Source: a virus
Taxonomy: Duplodnaviria; Caudoviricetes
Strand: one strand, 5' to 3'
IMG/VR virus record: IMGVR_UViG_3300037473_000512
Span: 1-44,270 of that record
DNA: 44,270 nt
The notes beneath the pieces were generated by a model. That model saw nothing but the letters and a program-made list of their open reading frames with translations. It was not told the DNA's origin and did not search any database. The translations under genes were made by a program, and so were the position numbers. This document shows, one piece after another, positions 8,097 through 17,858 of this stretch (position 1 is the first letter of the stretch; each line of letters begins with the position of its first letter).

Positions 8097-11096
8097 TTAG
8101 AAGCGATCCAAGATCGCGATAGAACCCACTGGAGCAAACTCGGGCGGTTGTCTCCTATAGTTCCACTGGAGCTTCGACCTCTCAAGCATGTGACTTTCCA
8201 CCACAAACTCTTCTCCGAGGAATATCGTCCGGGCCGGCAAAAGCCTCTGGATCATGCTGATGAAACTTCTGTCGAAAAATTCCAACATGTCCGCGAAGAC
8301 CCTGAAATTCAATCGGCCCTGGAGACGGGCGAAGTACTTCTTTCGTAGGGCGACGAGATCCGGATAGGTCCCGCGGTAACGATTGGCGGGCATCCCGATG
8401 TAGTTGTTGAAGTCATCCATGGTCGAGATCGCCTGTGAGATGTCCTCATTCAGGGCATCCACCATGTTGAACTCGAGAGCCATGGCCTGAGTGTCGTGGA
8501 ACATCTCCGCCGGCTTGAGCTCATCCTGGTTGTAGACCCTGATCTTCTCTTCGTTCCAACCGAATTCGGGCGGGGCGATGTAGTTGTAGTCGAAGAGGAA
8601 ACCCTCGTAGGCTGGTTCGTTGGCAGTGAAGAAGAATCCCGAGCCAGATACCCTGTATGACGTGACATCCTGAAGTGCTGGTTGCAACAACGTTCCGGCG
8701 CTTGAAGCGTAGACGTTCTCGTTCAACCGCCAGTGCAGCTTGAGTTTCGGGATGTCTTCGTGATCCGTCACACCGAAGCTTTGAAAGTTAAGGGCGTGAT
8801 CGTCAAGTTCGAGTGGAGTGAGACTCTTGTCCCAGACCCGGACCTCCTGGGCGAACATCTGAGAATCGAATGCTCCGGTGGCCCCGACGTAAATGTTCAG
8901 GGAGTAGCTCGAACTGAGCAATGAGGCTGAAACAGATGTGGTCGACGTATAATCGATCGTATCGTAATCAAGATGTCTCACGTCGATGTTCAGGGTGCCA
9001 GAGACACGATCACGACGGGCAACGATGTTGTACCACTCTCCGTTGAAGATCGGTAGGTTAGAGGCGGAGACGACTCCCTCCGATCCAGAGTATACCAATG
9101 TGCCCGTGGTGCTGCTGACCGCGTCCTTGAACCAGGTCAAACGCGAGAGGACGAAAGGAGATCCGACCGTCGGCTTGGCGTCGACAGACCAGATCGAACC
9201 GCTTGTGATCGCGGCCGGATTGTCCGAAGTGGTCGATGTCGCGAACAGGACACGGGCCTCGACACTCTCTGCAGTCCCTTGGAAGCTATCCGAACGCAGG
9301 TAATTGCCGTGACTGTGGCTACCGCCGAGGGCGAAACCAAGCGCGGCTCGAAGAGAACCGCCAGCGACCACACCCGCTTGGTTCGGATAGAAGATGAGAG
9401 CGTACGCGCTCTTCTCAGCATGGATACGATGGGTCTGCACCCCGACGTACGGGAGGTACCCGTACTCCTTCAGCCTGACGAAGTTCTTGTTGACTCCGTA
9501 GATCCTGAGCAGTGCCTCGACGCTCTCCCTCGTGCCCTTTGTCTTGTAGATGTACATGAGGTTGATGAGCGTACGGCGCCAGAACTCGTTCTTGATCTCG
9601 TAAAGTTTCTTGTCAAGCTCCCTGTTCGAGTCCATGTTCTTCAGGACGTTCTTGCCAAGGATGTACTGGAAGGCCTCGGCATTGAGGAAGTTGCCAGTAA
9701 ACTCCCAGCCAAAGTACTTCGCGATATCGGGAAGCAGGGCGTCCGGAGTCTCATCAAATCCAGAGTACGTCGATCTCAGAACATTGACAAACTGATCGAT
9801 CCTCTGCTTGATAAAATCGAACTGCCGAGCGAGTACGAACACAAAATCCTGCAGGACCGTCGTGTTCCTGTACTCTTCCATTCGGAAGAAAGCCTCAGGC
9901 AAAAGATTCAAGATGAGATTGTCGTTGTTCCTATCGTACGCCGAGCCAGATGTCTGTTGTTCGATCACGAGGTCTTGGACTTCAGGCGCCTGGAAGAGCA
10001 AGATCGGATCTGGACGGTCGCTTAGGATGAGTGATCCAGAACCACGGATCCCACCGAAGTAGTTCTGGATCCTTCCGTTTAGCCTACGACCAGAGTGATC
10101 AAAGACGATCGCGTTCGTCGTCTGATCGTTCGTGATAGATCCTGATTCGTTGAAGCGCCACAGGCCGAGCAGCCCTTTCTGGGCGTACAGCTTCGTGTTG
10201 AAGCTCGAGCTCACGTCTGCCAGCTGTCGGGCGATGCCCCAGACCGAAACCTGATCAAGAGATCCCGTGAGCGGTCGGGTGACTTTTCCAGACAGGCTGC
10301 CGGATCCGATCGTGAACGCCGTTGGACCGACGTACATCTGGCCAGATATTCCAGAAGAAGCCGAGGTGACCGGGACGGGAAATGAGTTCGTACTTCCGGT
10401 CATCAACAGCAGCGTCGGAGTCACAGAGCGATCGAAGACACAAGAAAAGAATGTGTCTACCCCACCAGAGAATGGCGCAAAAACTTCCGAGGTGACGCTG
10501 CCCGAGACCATCCGAAATCCAACTCGGGATCCGGTGAGATAGGCGGTGAAACCATCACCAGATCCCGTCACCTTCTGGGCGATCACCATGATGTCATTAC
10601 TGCCGGTGACTGTCTGGGAATTGAACCAAAACTCAAGGCTGAACGAACCCGTCCCGGGAGTGATGAATGTCGAACGGCTGAGTCCGTCCTGGGTTCCGAC
10701 GTCCTCGACCTTCACCCAGGAGGCAGAGACTGCGGGATTGAACCTCAGATGACCCGTGCACGCTGGCCAGTTCTCCAGGACGTGCCGTTGGTAACCGTCA
10801 AGAGCGTGAGTGAATCCCTCGATGTCCGAGACGGTCCCGTCGTAGGGATACTCGTTCAGTATCTTCTCTCCGGTCAGGTTGAAGTAATCGAGAGCCGAGT
10901 TGAAGAAAACAAAGTTTGAAAAATCAGAGTAGTCGATCTTGGGGACCGATTCCTCAAACTGCTTGATCTTCTTGAGGATACGCTCCTGTTCCTCTTCTTG
11001 GGCGGCGATCGTCTCGAGCGTTTGCGGATCGCTGGCGACCAGATCTCTGGCGCTCTTGAGTCGATCGTCAAAAAGTGAGAACAGGTTGTTCGGCAT
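8097..11096 (-). CDS. Baseplate/tail protein with LamG (ConA-like) domains and tail-protein-I-like segment (999 aa)
   Basis: SFSLEFWF, GSLDQVSVW, LLGLWRFNE, QEVRVWDKSL, LHWRLNE (LamG); LPDIAKYFGW...YKTKGTRESVEALLRIYG (P2 gpI/T4 gp7-like). Confidence 0.7.
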   Translation of the reverse strand: MPNNLFSLFDDRLKSARDLVASDPQTLETIAAQEEEQERILKKIKQFEESVPKIDYSDFSNFVFFNSALDYFNLTGEKILNEYPYDGTVSDIEGFTHALDGYQRHVLENWPACTGHLRFNPAVSASWVKVEDVGTQDGLSRSTFITPGTGSFSLEFWFNSQTVTGSNDIMVIAQKVTGSGDGFTAYLTGSRVGFRMVSGSVTSEVFAPFSGGVDTFFSCVFDRSVTPTLLLMTGSTNSFPVPVTSASSGISGQMYVGPTAFTIGSGSLSGKVTRPLTGSLDQVSVWGIARQLADVSSSFNTKLYAQKGLLGLWRFNESGSITNDQTTNAIVFDHSGRRLNGRIQNYFGGIRGSGSLILSDRPDPILLFQAPEVQDLVIEQQTSGSAYDRNNDNLILNLLPEAFFRMEEYRNTTVLQDFVFVLARQFDFIKQRIDQFVNVLRSTYSGFDETPDALLPDIAKYFGWEFTGNFLNAEAFQYILGKNVLKNMDSNRELDKKLYEIKNEFWRRTLINLMYIYKTKGTRESVEALLRIYGVNKNFVRLKEYGYLPYVGVQTHRIHAEKSAYALIFYPNQAGVVAGGSLRAALGFALGGSHSHGNYLRSDSFQGTAESVEARVLFATSTTSDNPAAITSGSIWSVDAKPTVGSPFVLSRLTWFKDAVSSTTGTLVYSGSEGVVSASNLPIFNGEWYNIVARRDRVSGTLNIDVRHLDYDTIDYTSTTSVSASLLSSSYSLNIYVGATGAFDSQMFAQEVRVWDKSLTPLELDDHALNFQSFGVTDHEDIPKLKLHWRLNENVYASSAGTLLQPALQDVTSYRVSGSGFFFTANEPAYEGFLFDYNYIAPPEFGWNEEKIRVYNQDELKPAEMFHDTQAMALEFNMVDALNEDISQAISTMDDFNNYIGMPANRYRGTYPDLVALRKKYFARLQGRLNFRVFADMLEFFDRSFISMIQRLLPARTIFLGEEFVVESHMLERSKLQWNYRRQPPEFAPVGSIAILDRF

Positions 11097-11099
11097 GCA

Positions 11100-11285
11100 T
11101 CATCCCCCAGAACAGAACCGGAGGTACTCGTCCATAAGTTCTTCGTACTCTCTCTCTATCTTCTGACGTTTCGGGGTCTTCATCCGTTCGTACGTCATCT
11201 TCAAGAGATCGATCAACGTCTTCTCGTAATCTTCTTTCGAAGAAAAACGAAAGGTCTCCTCAGGCGATCCTGAACTTGAAACCAT
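11100..11285 (-). CDS. Small charged hypothetical protein (start uncertain)
   Basis: Fills the gap between two structural genes; helical E/K-rich sequence; candidate starts overlap the upstream gene's 3' end. Confidence 0.35.
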   Translation of the reverse strand: MVSSSGSPEETFRFSSKEDYEKTLIDLLKMTYERMKTPKRQKIEREYEELMDEYLRFCSGG

Positions 11286-12621
11286 CGTCAATGACCTGTC
11301 TTTGTCCATTTTGATCAAATAGGAAGACTATCCGATAGACATTTTCCGGAGAGAGCGTTCCCATGTAGAACTTGAAGTAGTTCCCCTTCTCATCGTACGA
11401 AAGTCTGGTCGTCTCTACCGTGCCTGTCCCGAATGGGATCACGACCTCATCGGTGCGATCGTTGACGATCTGGTAGTACGCCTTGGTCACCACAGTCCCA
11501 AGTGAATCCAGAGAGGCGGTGTGCACGACGGCAGGGGAGAAATCAGCCTGGGCGATGAACAGGTTGAACCTGACGCTCTCGTCACGAGTGTACTCATTCC
11601 TGATGTTCTGGACAGAAACGAGGTTCCTATAGGCTGGAACAGAGCCGTCGAGACCCGAACCCAACGGGTAGATGGTCCCGGTAAGCAACGCCCTAGAACC
11701 AGAAAACCAGATATCTTGAAAGACAGAACCAGAGTACGAACCCGTGGGAAGTGTGATCGAGGCCGAGTAGATTCCCGTCGAAACCCAGCTACCGGTGGCG
11801 AAGAGCAACGTCCCGGAGGCATCGACCAATCGCAGGAAGACCTGGCCCTGGCCGACTCCCGAAATGTCAGAGTAAGCTCCACGGACGACGTTGTAGATGA
11901 AGAGTCTGTTCGGATAATCGAAGACGAAATTGTTCCTGTCGTCCTTCAGCGAATCATCCCACGAAGCCTCGATGTACGGACGGTGATCGAGGAAATTCGT
12001 CGATCTTCCAGAGAATTTCTTGATGTAGTAATCGTACCCATCGACCTCCTGGGACGAAGAAACTCTCACCAGGAATCCATAGTTCGGGACCGTCCCTGAC
12101 ATCCACGATTGGACGATCGAGGTGACGTCGACCGAGAGGTTCTCGTCTCCCTGGTCAAAGTGGAAAGGGACAAGGGATGAGCTGGCGATGTCGCCGCCGG
12201 GGCCGGTCCACGTGAGACCCTGCTTCCTGTAGATCCAATTTGCGAATCCCTTGTCTGAGTAGAAATCCGAATCGATCCCACGACCCTCGTCCCAATCGGA
12301 CGTGACCCTGGCGACTTCCATGTCGTAGCTGAACGGGAGAGTCTTGTCATGCTGGGAATCGTGAAGGACAAGCCTGTAAGTCACTCCGGAAGAAGGGATC
12401 TGCCCCGAACCCGTGAGATACGAGAGGATCGTCGTATCAAACGCGATGAGCATACGGGAAAGGCTCGCGGTCCCAGCGGGACCGATCACCCCGGAGAGAG
12501 GGGCCTTCTTGAAGACACCCAGCGTCTCCGAGGCTCCTTGGTTCGAGCCGGTCTGCGGAACCCCGTTCAGCACGTAGTTCGTGATGGCGGTGTCTTTGGT
12601 AGGATAGATCCTGTAGATCAT
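11260..12621 (-). CDS. Virion structural protein, DNRLRE/disaggregatase-like domain
   Basis: IYPTKDTAI...SRMLIAFD...VTSDWDEG...VDVTSIVQSW...NYGFLVR...RPYIEASWDD pattern; adjacent to baseplate wedge gene. Confidence 0.6.
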   Translation of the reverse strand: MIYRIYPTKDTAITNYVLNGVPQTGSNQGASETLGVFKKAPLSGVIGPAGTASLSRMLIAFDTTILSYLTGSGQIPSSGVTYRLVLHDSQHDKTLPFSYDMEVARVTSDWDEGRGIDSDFYSDKGFANWIYRKQGLTWTGPGGDIASSSLVPFHFDQGDENLSVDVTSIVQSWMSGTVPNYGFLVRVSSSQEVDGYDYYIKKFSGRSTNFLDHRPYIEASWDDSLKDDRNNFVFDYPNRLFIYNVVRGAYSDISGVGQGQVFLRLVDASGTLLFATGSWVSTGIYSASITLPTGSYSGSVFQDIWFSGSRALLTGTIYPLGSGLDGSVPAYRNLVSVQNIRNEYTRDESVRFNLFIAQADFSPAVVHTASLDSLGTVVTKAYYQIVNDRTDEVVIPFGTGTVETTRLSYDEKGNYFKFYMGTLSPENVYRIVFLFDQNGQRQVIDDGFKFRIA

Positions 12622-12622
12622 G

Positions 12623-14455
12623 TCACTTCACCACCCCGATGATGTCCTTTGTCGGGTACTTGATCTCGAAGATCGAGTTCTGTGGACAATAGAGTATCTG
12701 ATTCTTGAGGTTTGCCGACGGATCGAACCTGAATGTGGAGTAGTCCAATCCGTCCTGCGTGCCCATCACGTTGGTGAAACGTAGATCGTAGATGGAAACC
12801 ACACCGTTCACCTTCTGGATGTCGGCGGCAAGATCTGAGACGACGATCGGTTGGCCGATCTGCATCTTCGTTAGGTCAAGGTAATCACGCACCACATCTA
12901 GGCACTTGGCCATCACCTCCGTCCTGTTGACACGAGCGCCGGCGACGATGCCAAAATAACAACGGAGATTGATGATGTTCGAATCGAGGATGTTCACCCC
13001 ATCTGTCAGCATCCTGAACGGGGACAGGTACGTCTTGATGTTGTCCTTGAGAGCCTGGGTCGCGACCGTGAGATGACCGTTCGGATCGAGGGCAAGGACA
13101 TGAACGTCGATCGCCAGCGAACTGACATTGTTCTTCTTGACGAAGACCTTCTCTGGTTTTCCGAACTTGGCAGGCAACGTCAAGATTCGGGCGATGAAAT
13201 CTTCCTTGGTGACCACCCTGTTCTGGGCGGCGAAGAATGCCGCCGAGTTCGCCTTGATCTCGGGGACAGTCTCTTCGGGACCTCCACCCGAGGTGCTCGT
13301 CCTGTTGACGGTCTCTATGCTGCCCCGCACGGCAGAAACCTTCAGCGGATCGAGCGAGTTCGTCGAGAAATCAAGGTTCGCCTTGGCCACGCTCTTGATG
13401 GAGGATGGAGCGACGTTCGTCTGCGGACCGCCACCGACTCGATACGTGATGGTGAGTGTCGTATTGAACGGACTCAGGCCCAGGCTTCGAGTCTTCAGAA
13501 AATTCTGCGGATCCAACGAGAAGGTCGTGAACGTGTCCCTTCCGGCGAGGGGAAGAGCAAGATCAGCTAGGTTCGGGATGAGCTGGTCATCAAACGTCAC
13601 GCCATCTCCCGATCCAAAGATGAGAGAAGTCTTGTTCGTCACGGGATCGCGATCCGTTATGAACCTTCGGGGAACCGAGATGTATTTCAACACGTAAGGA
13701 ACGACATCATTGCTGGTCGAATCCGTGTTGATGATCGAATCAAACACCATGTCCTGGGCAAGATAATCGACCTCGTACCAGGTGTTCCCGTCGCTGTCCT
13801 CGACCGAGATGACCTCGATCACATCCGGGTTCGCAAGCTCCAGGGTATAGAACGGCTGAAAGCTATCGATCGTGACAGTGTCAGTCTTCGTTTCTCCGGC
13901 GATCGTAGCCACCTCCTTCATGATAGCGAAGAACGTCGGAAGCCCGGTGTTGGAATCGAACTGGGATCCGGTGACGAAACGAGGAGAATCAAGGGTAGAC
14001 GCACTGAACGGGACCTCATCCAACGTCTCGAATATCACTCCATCCGGACCCTGGACCTGCGCTCCCTTCTGAAGCACGGGAGCATACAGATCATCTGGAA
14101 CTATCTGACCAGAACGATTTGTCGCGGGGACTTGAATGAAGAACGCCTGGGTCCCACGCGCCGCGCGCTTCCCCTGCGGCCTGTACCCCTGCTGTTTGGC
14201 GAAGTTCACGACGTTCTTCACCTGCCTGGCCTGTTCCCTCTGGAGCTCCATGAACTGGATGTCCTGATAGAACGAGAGAACGTCGCCGACATACGCCTGC
14301 AGGTCAAGGAGAGCCATGCCAGGAGATGACTCGTTGAAGTCTTGAAATGCTCCGGAGTGATGGGCCTGAGAGAAATCGATCAGATCACGCTTGATCCTGA
14401 TGAAGTCCCTATTCAGGTACTTGATGCTTCTTTCCTTGAGAAAATCCGTCGCCAT
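12623..14455 (-). CDS. Baseplate wedge protein (T4 gp6 / baseplate J-like)
   Basis: YLNRDF..IK..LI, DFNESSPG, AYVGDVLSFYQD, LIFGSGDG, LTITYRVGGG, GGGPEETVPEIK, AAQNRVVTKEDF. Confidence 0.9.
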   Translation of the reverse strand: MATDFLKERSIKYLNRDFIRIKRDLIDFSQAHHSGAFQDFNESSPGMALLDLQAYVGDVLSFYQDIQFMELQREQARQVKNVVNFAKQQGYRPQGKRAARGTQAFFIQVPATNRSGQIVPDDLYAPVLQKGAQVQGPDGVIFETLDEVPFSASTLDSPRFVTGSQFDSNTGLPTFFAIMKEVATIAGETKTDTVTIDSFQPFYTLELANPDVIEVISVEDSDGNTWYEVDYLAQDMVFDSIINTDSTSNDVVPYVLKYISVPRRFITDRDPVTNKTSLIFGSGDGVTFDDQLIPNLADLALPLAGRDTFTTFSLDPQNFLKTRSLGLSPFNTTLTITYRVGGGPQTNVAPSSIKSVAKANLDFSTNSLDPLKVSAVRGSIETVNRTSTSGGGPEETVPEIKANSAAFFAAQNRVVTKEDFIARILTLPAKFGKPEKVFVKKNNVSSLAIDVHVLALDPNGHLTVATQALKDNIKTYLSPFRMLTDGVNILDSNIINLRCYFGIVAGARVNRTEVMAKCLDVVRDYLDLTKMQIGQPIVVSDLAADIQKVNGVVSIYDLRFTNVMGTQDGLDYSTFRFDPSANLKNQILYCPQNSIFEIKYPTKDIIGVVK

Positions 14456-14466
14456 CTATTGAATCC

Positions 14467-14865
14467 TCACGATATGACCTGGGACAGACTGTCCGAGAGA
14501 TCCGGACGACTTGCTAGACTGAACTTCAACATGACCATGATCCCGTTGGGAGGCACGGAACCGGTATCGTCATCCTCCGGAAAGATGACGTTCAGAGAAT
14601 CCACGTTGACGAATGGAAGCCACTTGGCGACCTGCTCCAGGATCCTGTCTGCGATCCTCTGCTTGAGCTCTGAGTTTCGAAGGCTACTAAAGAGGAACTC
14701 GATCAGGTTGCAGCCGAAGTAATAGTTCATCACCCGCTCGCCCCAGTTAGTTACCAGAAGAGAGGTGAGGTTCTGCTTGACCGCATCGAGTTCAGTCTCG
14801 GTCGCCTGCAGGTAACCAAGTGAACCGGTCGATCGAGCGAATGGGAGAGTCAGCCCAATTGGCAT
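14467..14865 (-). CDS. Baseplate wedge protein, gp25/GPW family
   Basis: VKQNLTSLLVTNWGERVMNYYFGCNL..FLF, KWLPFVNV. Confidence 0.9.
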   Translation of the reverse strand: MPIGLTLPFARSTGSLGYLQATETELDAVKQNLTSLLVTNWGERVMNYYFGCNLIEFLFSSLRNSELKQRIADRILEQVAKWLPFVNVDSLNVIFPEDDDTGSVPPNGIMVMLKFSLASRPDLSDSLSQVIS

Positions 14866-14871
14866 CCGTAC

Positions 14872-15375
14872 TTACACAATCGGTATCGTAGACGTGACTG
14901 GAGGGACCGAAGTGGTAGTCGCCGTCACGGTGATACTCGTTGTGTAAGTATGGAGAAGAGAGGCAATTCTATCGGCTACGTCTGTAGAGGAGAGCCGGAG
15001 CTGGACACCGTCCCGAAGGACGGAAAGTATGTCATTGGCAAGAGTCGGTGACGGTAGGGCGATCGTCGGATTCGTCGGGATGAAACCTGGTCCGGTCCAG
15101 ATGACGGGGGACCAGTACGCGGAAAGTCCCGGGACAAATCCAGCAAGGGAGGGGGCAGAGAGAAATGGAACAAGGGTCGCTCGGACGGGCGGAACAGATA
15201 TCTTGAGGACTCCGGCTAGTGGTTGTCCAGAGATGACGTAGTTGTCATAAGCCGAGGCGAGTGCCTCCGCCGCCTGCGGATGGATCACTCCAATTGGAGT
15301 TTTATCCTTTATTTTCAGTATGTTATTAAAAGCAGAGGAAATCTCTCGCTTTAGAATAGACTGGGAAAGCGGCAT
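14872..15375 (-). CDS. Hypothetical baseplate-region protein
   Basis: Tightly packed between spike and gp25 genes; LASAYDNYV / IASLLHTY helical pattern. Confidence 0.6.
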   Translation of the reverse strand: MPLSQSILKREISSAFNNILKIKDKTPIGVIHPQAAEALASAYDNYVISGQPLAGVLKISVPPVRATLVPFLSAPSLAGFVPGLSAYWSPVIWTGPGFIPTNPTIALPSPTLANDILSVLRDGVQLRLSSTDVADRIASLLHTYTTSITVTATTTSVPPVTSTIPIV

Positions 15376-16032
15376 TCACTCGGTCGTCGATTTGCCACTG
15401 AAGAGCTGGGAGTCGACCCAGGGATCGATCGGCTTTCCAGATGGTCCGACTCCTGTCGGGTGGATGTGATTCAAGAAGTAAGTCTTGAAGTTATCTCCGA
15501 GAATGATCTTGTGTTGGGATCCGGCCCCGAGTTCAACTTTCCCGGACTCCACTACGATCTTGTCCGAGGTCATCTTGAGATACGAGTTCCCGATGTTGAT
15601 CCTACACCCGTCTTTGTCTACGTGAATGTAGTTCTTCCCACCATCGAAGGCGATCTTGATGTCTTTCTTAAAGACGAGACGGACAGATTCGGATTTACCA
15701 ACCAGGGCAGAGACATCGTTGGAGGCAGATTCCACATTCTCCAATCCGAGGTTCTCATCAACCCTCGAGTGCATCGAGAGATAGATGAAAGCATCGTCCT
15801 TGGAGAAATTGGGATCTCCGCCCGCCCGGCCAGCGATCATATGGATCGCTCCGGCAGACTGTCCCTTCTTGGCCGAGGATAGGGTCCCGAGCCCATCGTT
15901 GATCGAAGCTGGTCCGTTCTTCGCCCGATCCCGACCAAGCACGATGATGGTGTTGTTCGAACCCTGGAAGACCTGGTCGCCGACACGTTGCACGAACGGC
16001 GGAACATCCTCTATGACGATCTCATACGCCAT
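15376..16032 (-). CDS. Baseplate central spike, C-terminal (beta-solenoid/tip) part
   Basis: C-terminal NHIHPTGVGPSGKP (HxH metal-binding tip as in P2 gpV/phi92 gp138), preceded by short beta repeats. Confidence 0.7.
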   Translation of the reverse strand: MAYEIVIEDVPPFVQRVGDQVFQGSNNTIIVLGRDRAKNGPASINDGLGTLSSAKKGQSAGAIHMIAGRAGGDPNFSKDDAFIYLSMHSRVDENLGLENVESASNDVSALVGKSESVRLVFKKDIKIAFDGGKNYIHVDKDGCRINIGNSYLKMTSDKIVVESGKVELGAGSQHKIILGDNFKTYFLNHIHPTGVGPSGKPIDPWVDSQLFSGKSTTE

Positions 16033-16639
16033 CTACACCAAACTTTTTCGCAAGTCGTAGCTCGTTTATCTGCGATTCAGAGGCGAACTTGTCGGTATTG
16101 TCTGGATCCTCTGGATCGTTCAGTTTCACGCCGAACAAGGAAGACAACTTTCCTCCGCTGGTTGGCTTGAATTGTGATTCTCCCACGACCAAATTCACGC
16201 CCTCATGACCAGGGATCTTGTTGATCCAAAGACCGTGTTTCATCTCGGCGTCCTCGAACAGGACGTACACATGCTCTCCCGGTTTGACGGGCATCGTCAC
16301 GTGATCGGAGAAAAACGGCCAGAACACACGGAGACTTTGATCATCGACAAACTGGTCAAGCCCGTTCGTGAGAACACGGGCCTTGACGCTATTCCTCGGA
16401 TTCTTGGGGCCCGAGCGAGCATCGATCTTGAACGATTGGTTGTTCACAAGGTGCGTCACTCCGCCGGACGCGTCTGGGTTCTCAAGGTTCCCCCCCTCGA
16501 GATCCACGGCCACCACCGTGGCTCGATAGATAATCGAGGGATTTTCGGAGCGCTCAACATAGCGGCCCTGGGCTCCCTTCCTGAGGATATCCGAGAGGAA
16601 CTTCTCAGGAAACAGGAACCTCTCGTAGCTGTGGGCCAC
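16022..16639 (-). CDS. Baseplate spike N-terminal OB-fold-like protein
   Basis: VKARV...VFWPFFSDHVTMPVKPGEHVYVLFED...LWI resembles the gp5/gpV OB domain; overlaps the start of the spike gene. Confidence 0.55.
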   Translation of the reverse strand: MAHSYERFLFPEKFLSDILRKGAQGRYVERSENPSIIYRATVVAVDLEGGNLENPDASGGVTHLVNNQSFKIDARSGPKNPRNSVKARVLTNGLDQFVDDQSLRVFWPFFSDHVTMPVKPGEHVYVLFEDAEMKHGLWINKIPGHEGVNLVVGESQFKPTSGGKLSSLFGVKLNDPEDPDNTDKFASESQINELRLAKKFGVDGV

Positions 16640-16640
16640 G

Positions 16641-16823
16641 TTACTCGATCCCCCTCCGCCTGAGCTCGGTCACGATATCAGAAAGAGACTGGCGAATGAT
16701 TCCATATTCTACCAGCAACGGTCCGAGGTTGGCAGCCTTGTCTTGAAGCTTAGAAATAGTCTGATCTCTCAGGTTCTTGAGGGAACTGTCGTCAAGCTTG
16801 TCAAGCTCTGGTACGGCGACCAT
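16641..16823 (-). CDS. Hypothetical protein (60 aa)
   Basis: TGATG coupling with upstream ORF; helical composition. Confidence 0.6.
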   Translation of the reverse strand: MVAVPELDKLDDSSLKNLRDQTISKLQDKAANLGPLLVEYGIIRQSLSDIVTELRRRGIE

Positions 16824-17143
16824 CAGTTTGGCTCTTCTTCGAAATCGTCGTCCTCGTCACTGATGTCCTCGTACACACTGTCGATCTCCTCGTCCCTGAA
16901 TTTGTCATCAGGGCTGGTGATGTGAATGTGCTTGAGCTTCACCTTGGCGAGCTCGACGAGCTGGGCGTTGTTCTTGGTAAGGGCCTCGGAGACAGCCACG
17001 ACAGAATCGGCCAGGGCAGCGGCGAGTTCCGGATCGGAGATGGATGACTTCCCGACCACGTCAAGATAGTCCTCAAGTCTCTTCCGATCGCGCTGGGCAT
17101 TCTGATGGATCTCGTCGCAGATGTCTTCGAGGCTCTTGCTCAC
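16823..17143 (-). CDS. Hypothetical protein with acidic tail (106 aa)
   Basis: GTGA overlap with the sigma gene; coiled-coil then D/E-rich C-terminus. Confidence 0.65.
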   Translation of the reverse strand: MSKSLEDICDEIHQNAQRDRKRLEDYLDVVGKSSISDPELAAALADSVVAVSEALTKNNAQLVELAKVKLKHIHITSPDDKFRDEEIDSVYEDISDEDDDFEEEPN

Positions 17144-17820
17144 GTTTCGATTTCTCCGCTTTCCAGGTAGCCATCCTTCCAGCTCGCGTACATCAGCTTG
17201 ATCCGCTTGAGGTTCATCACAACCTGCTTCGTGGTCAGGCCGGTAAGATCGCGAAGGTAGACGTAGACAGCCTTCTTGTTATAGATAGGGACCATATCTG
17301 GATTCTCGAGGAGGAAGATGATGGCGTCCAAGATCTTGATCTCAGACTCCTTTGTAAGCTTTTTCTTCCAGAACTTCAACTGCGTAAAGAGGCTGACCCA
17401 AAACTCCTGCTCCTCGACCATGTCCTCGTGAGGATGGGCGGTGAAGCTTGGGTCACGGCGTACGATCTCGTGATCAAGATCGTAAAAGAGCTCGGACTCG
17501 ACCTTGTTACGCTTGAGTTTTTCCCTGGTCTTCTGGATGAACCAGTTCTTGCAGATGACGTTGAAATACGAGAACCCCTTCGTCCCCCTGTTGGGATCAA
17601 ACTTCGGGAGCATCTCGTACAGATTGGTGAGACACTCTCGCTTGAGAGTCTCCGGATCATCGATGCTGTAGAAACCGTACGTGAAGATCTGGCTCTCGAT
17701 CAGCTTCTCAAACGCGGGCCGGATCCCAGTGTCGAAGATGGCGTGTTTCTCAAGCTCACTCGTCGATTCGAGAAAACTCTTGATGGAGGCGTCGGTGTCT
17801 TTGGTGAAATAGTGGGCCAT
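17140..17820 (-). CDS. Phage RNA polymerase sigma factor (sigma70 region 2-like; probable late sigma)
   Basis: LYEMLPKFDPNRGTKGFSYFNVICKNWFIQ matches the sigma region 2.2-2.4 pattern; C-terminal helix-turn-helix-like YLRDLTGLTTKQVV. Confidence 0.75.
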   Translation of the reverse strand: MAHYFTKDTDASIKSFLESTSELEKHAIFDTGIRPAFEKLIESQIFTYGFYSIDDPETLKRECLTNLYEMLPKFDPNRGTKGFSYFNVICKNWFIQKTREKLKRNKVESELFYDLDHEIVRRDPSFTAHPHEDMVEEQEFWVSLFTQLKFWKKKLTKESEIKILDAIIFLLENPDMVPIYNKKAVYVYLRDLTGLTTKQVVMNLKRIKLMYASWKDGYLESGEIET

Positions 17821-17858
17821 TCTGTCAATTCCTCAATAGGCAATGAAAAAAATGTCAA

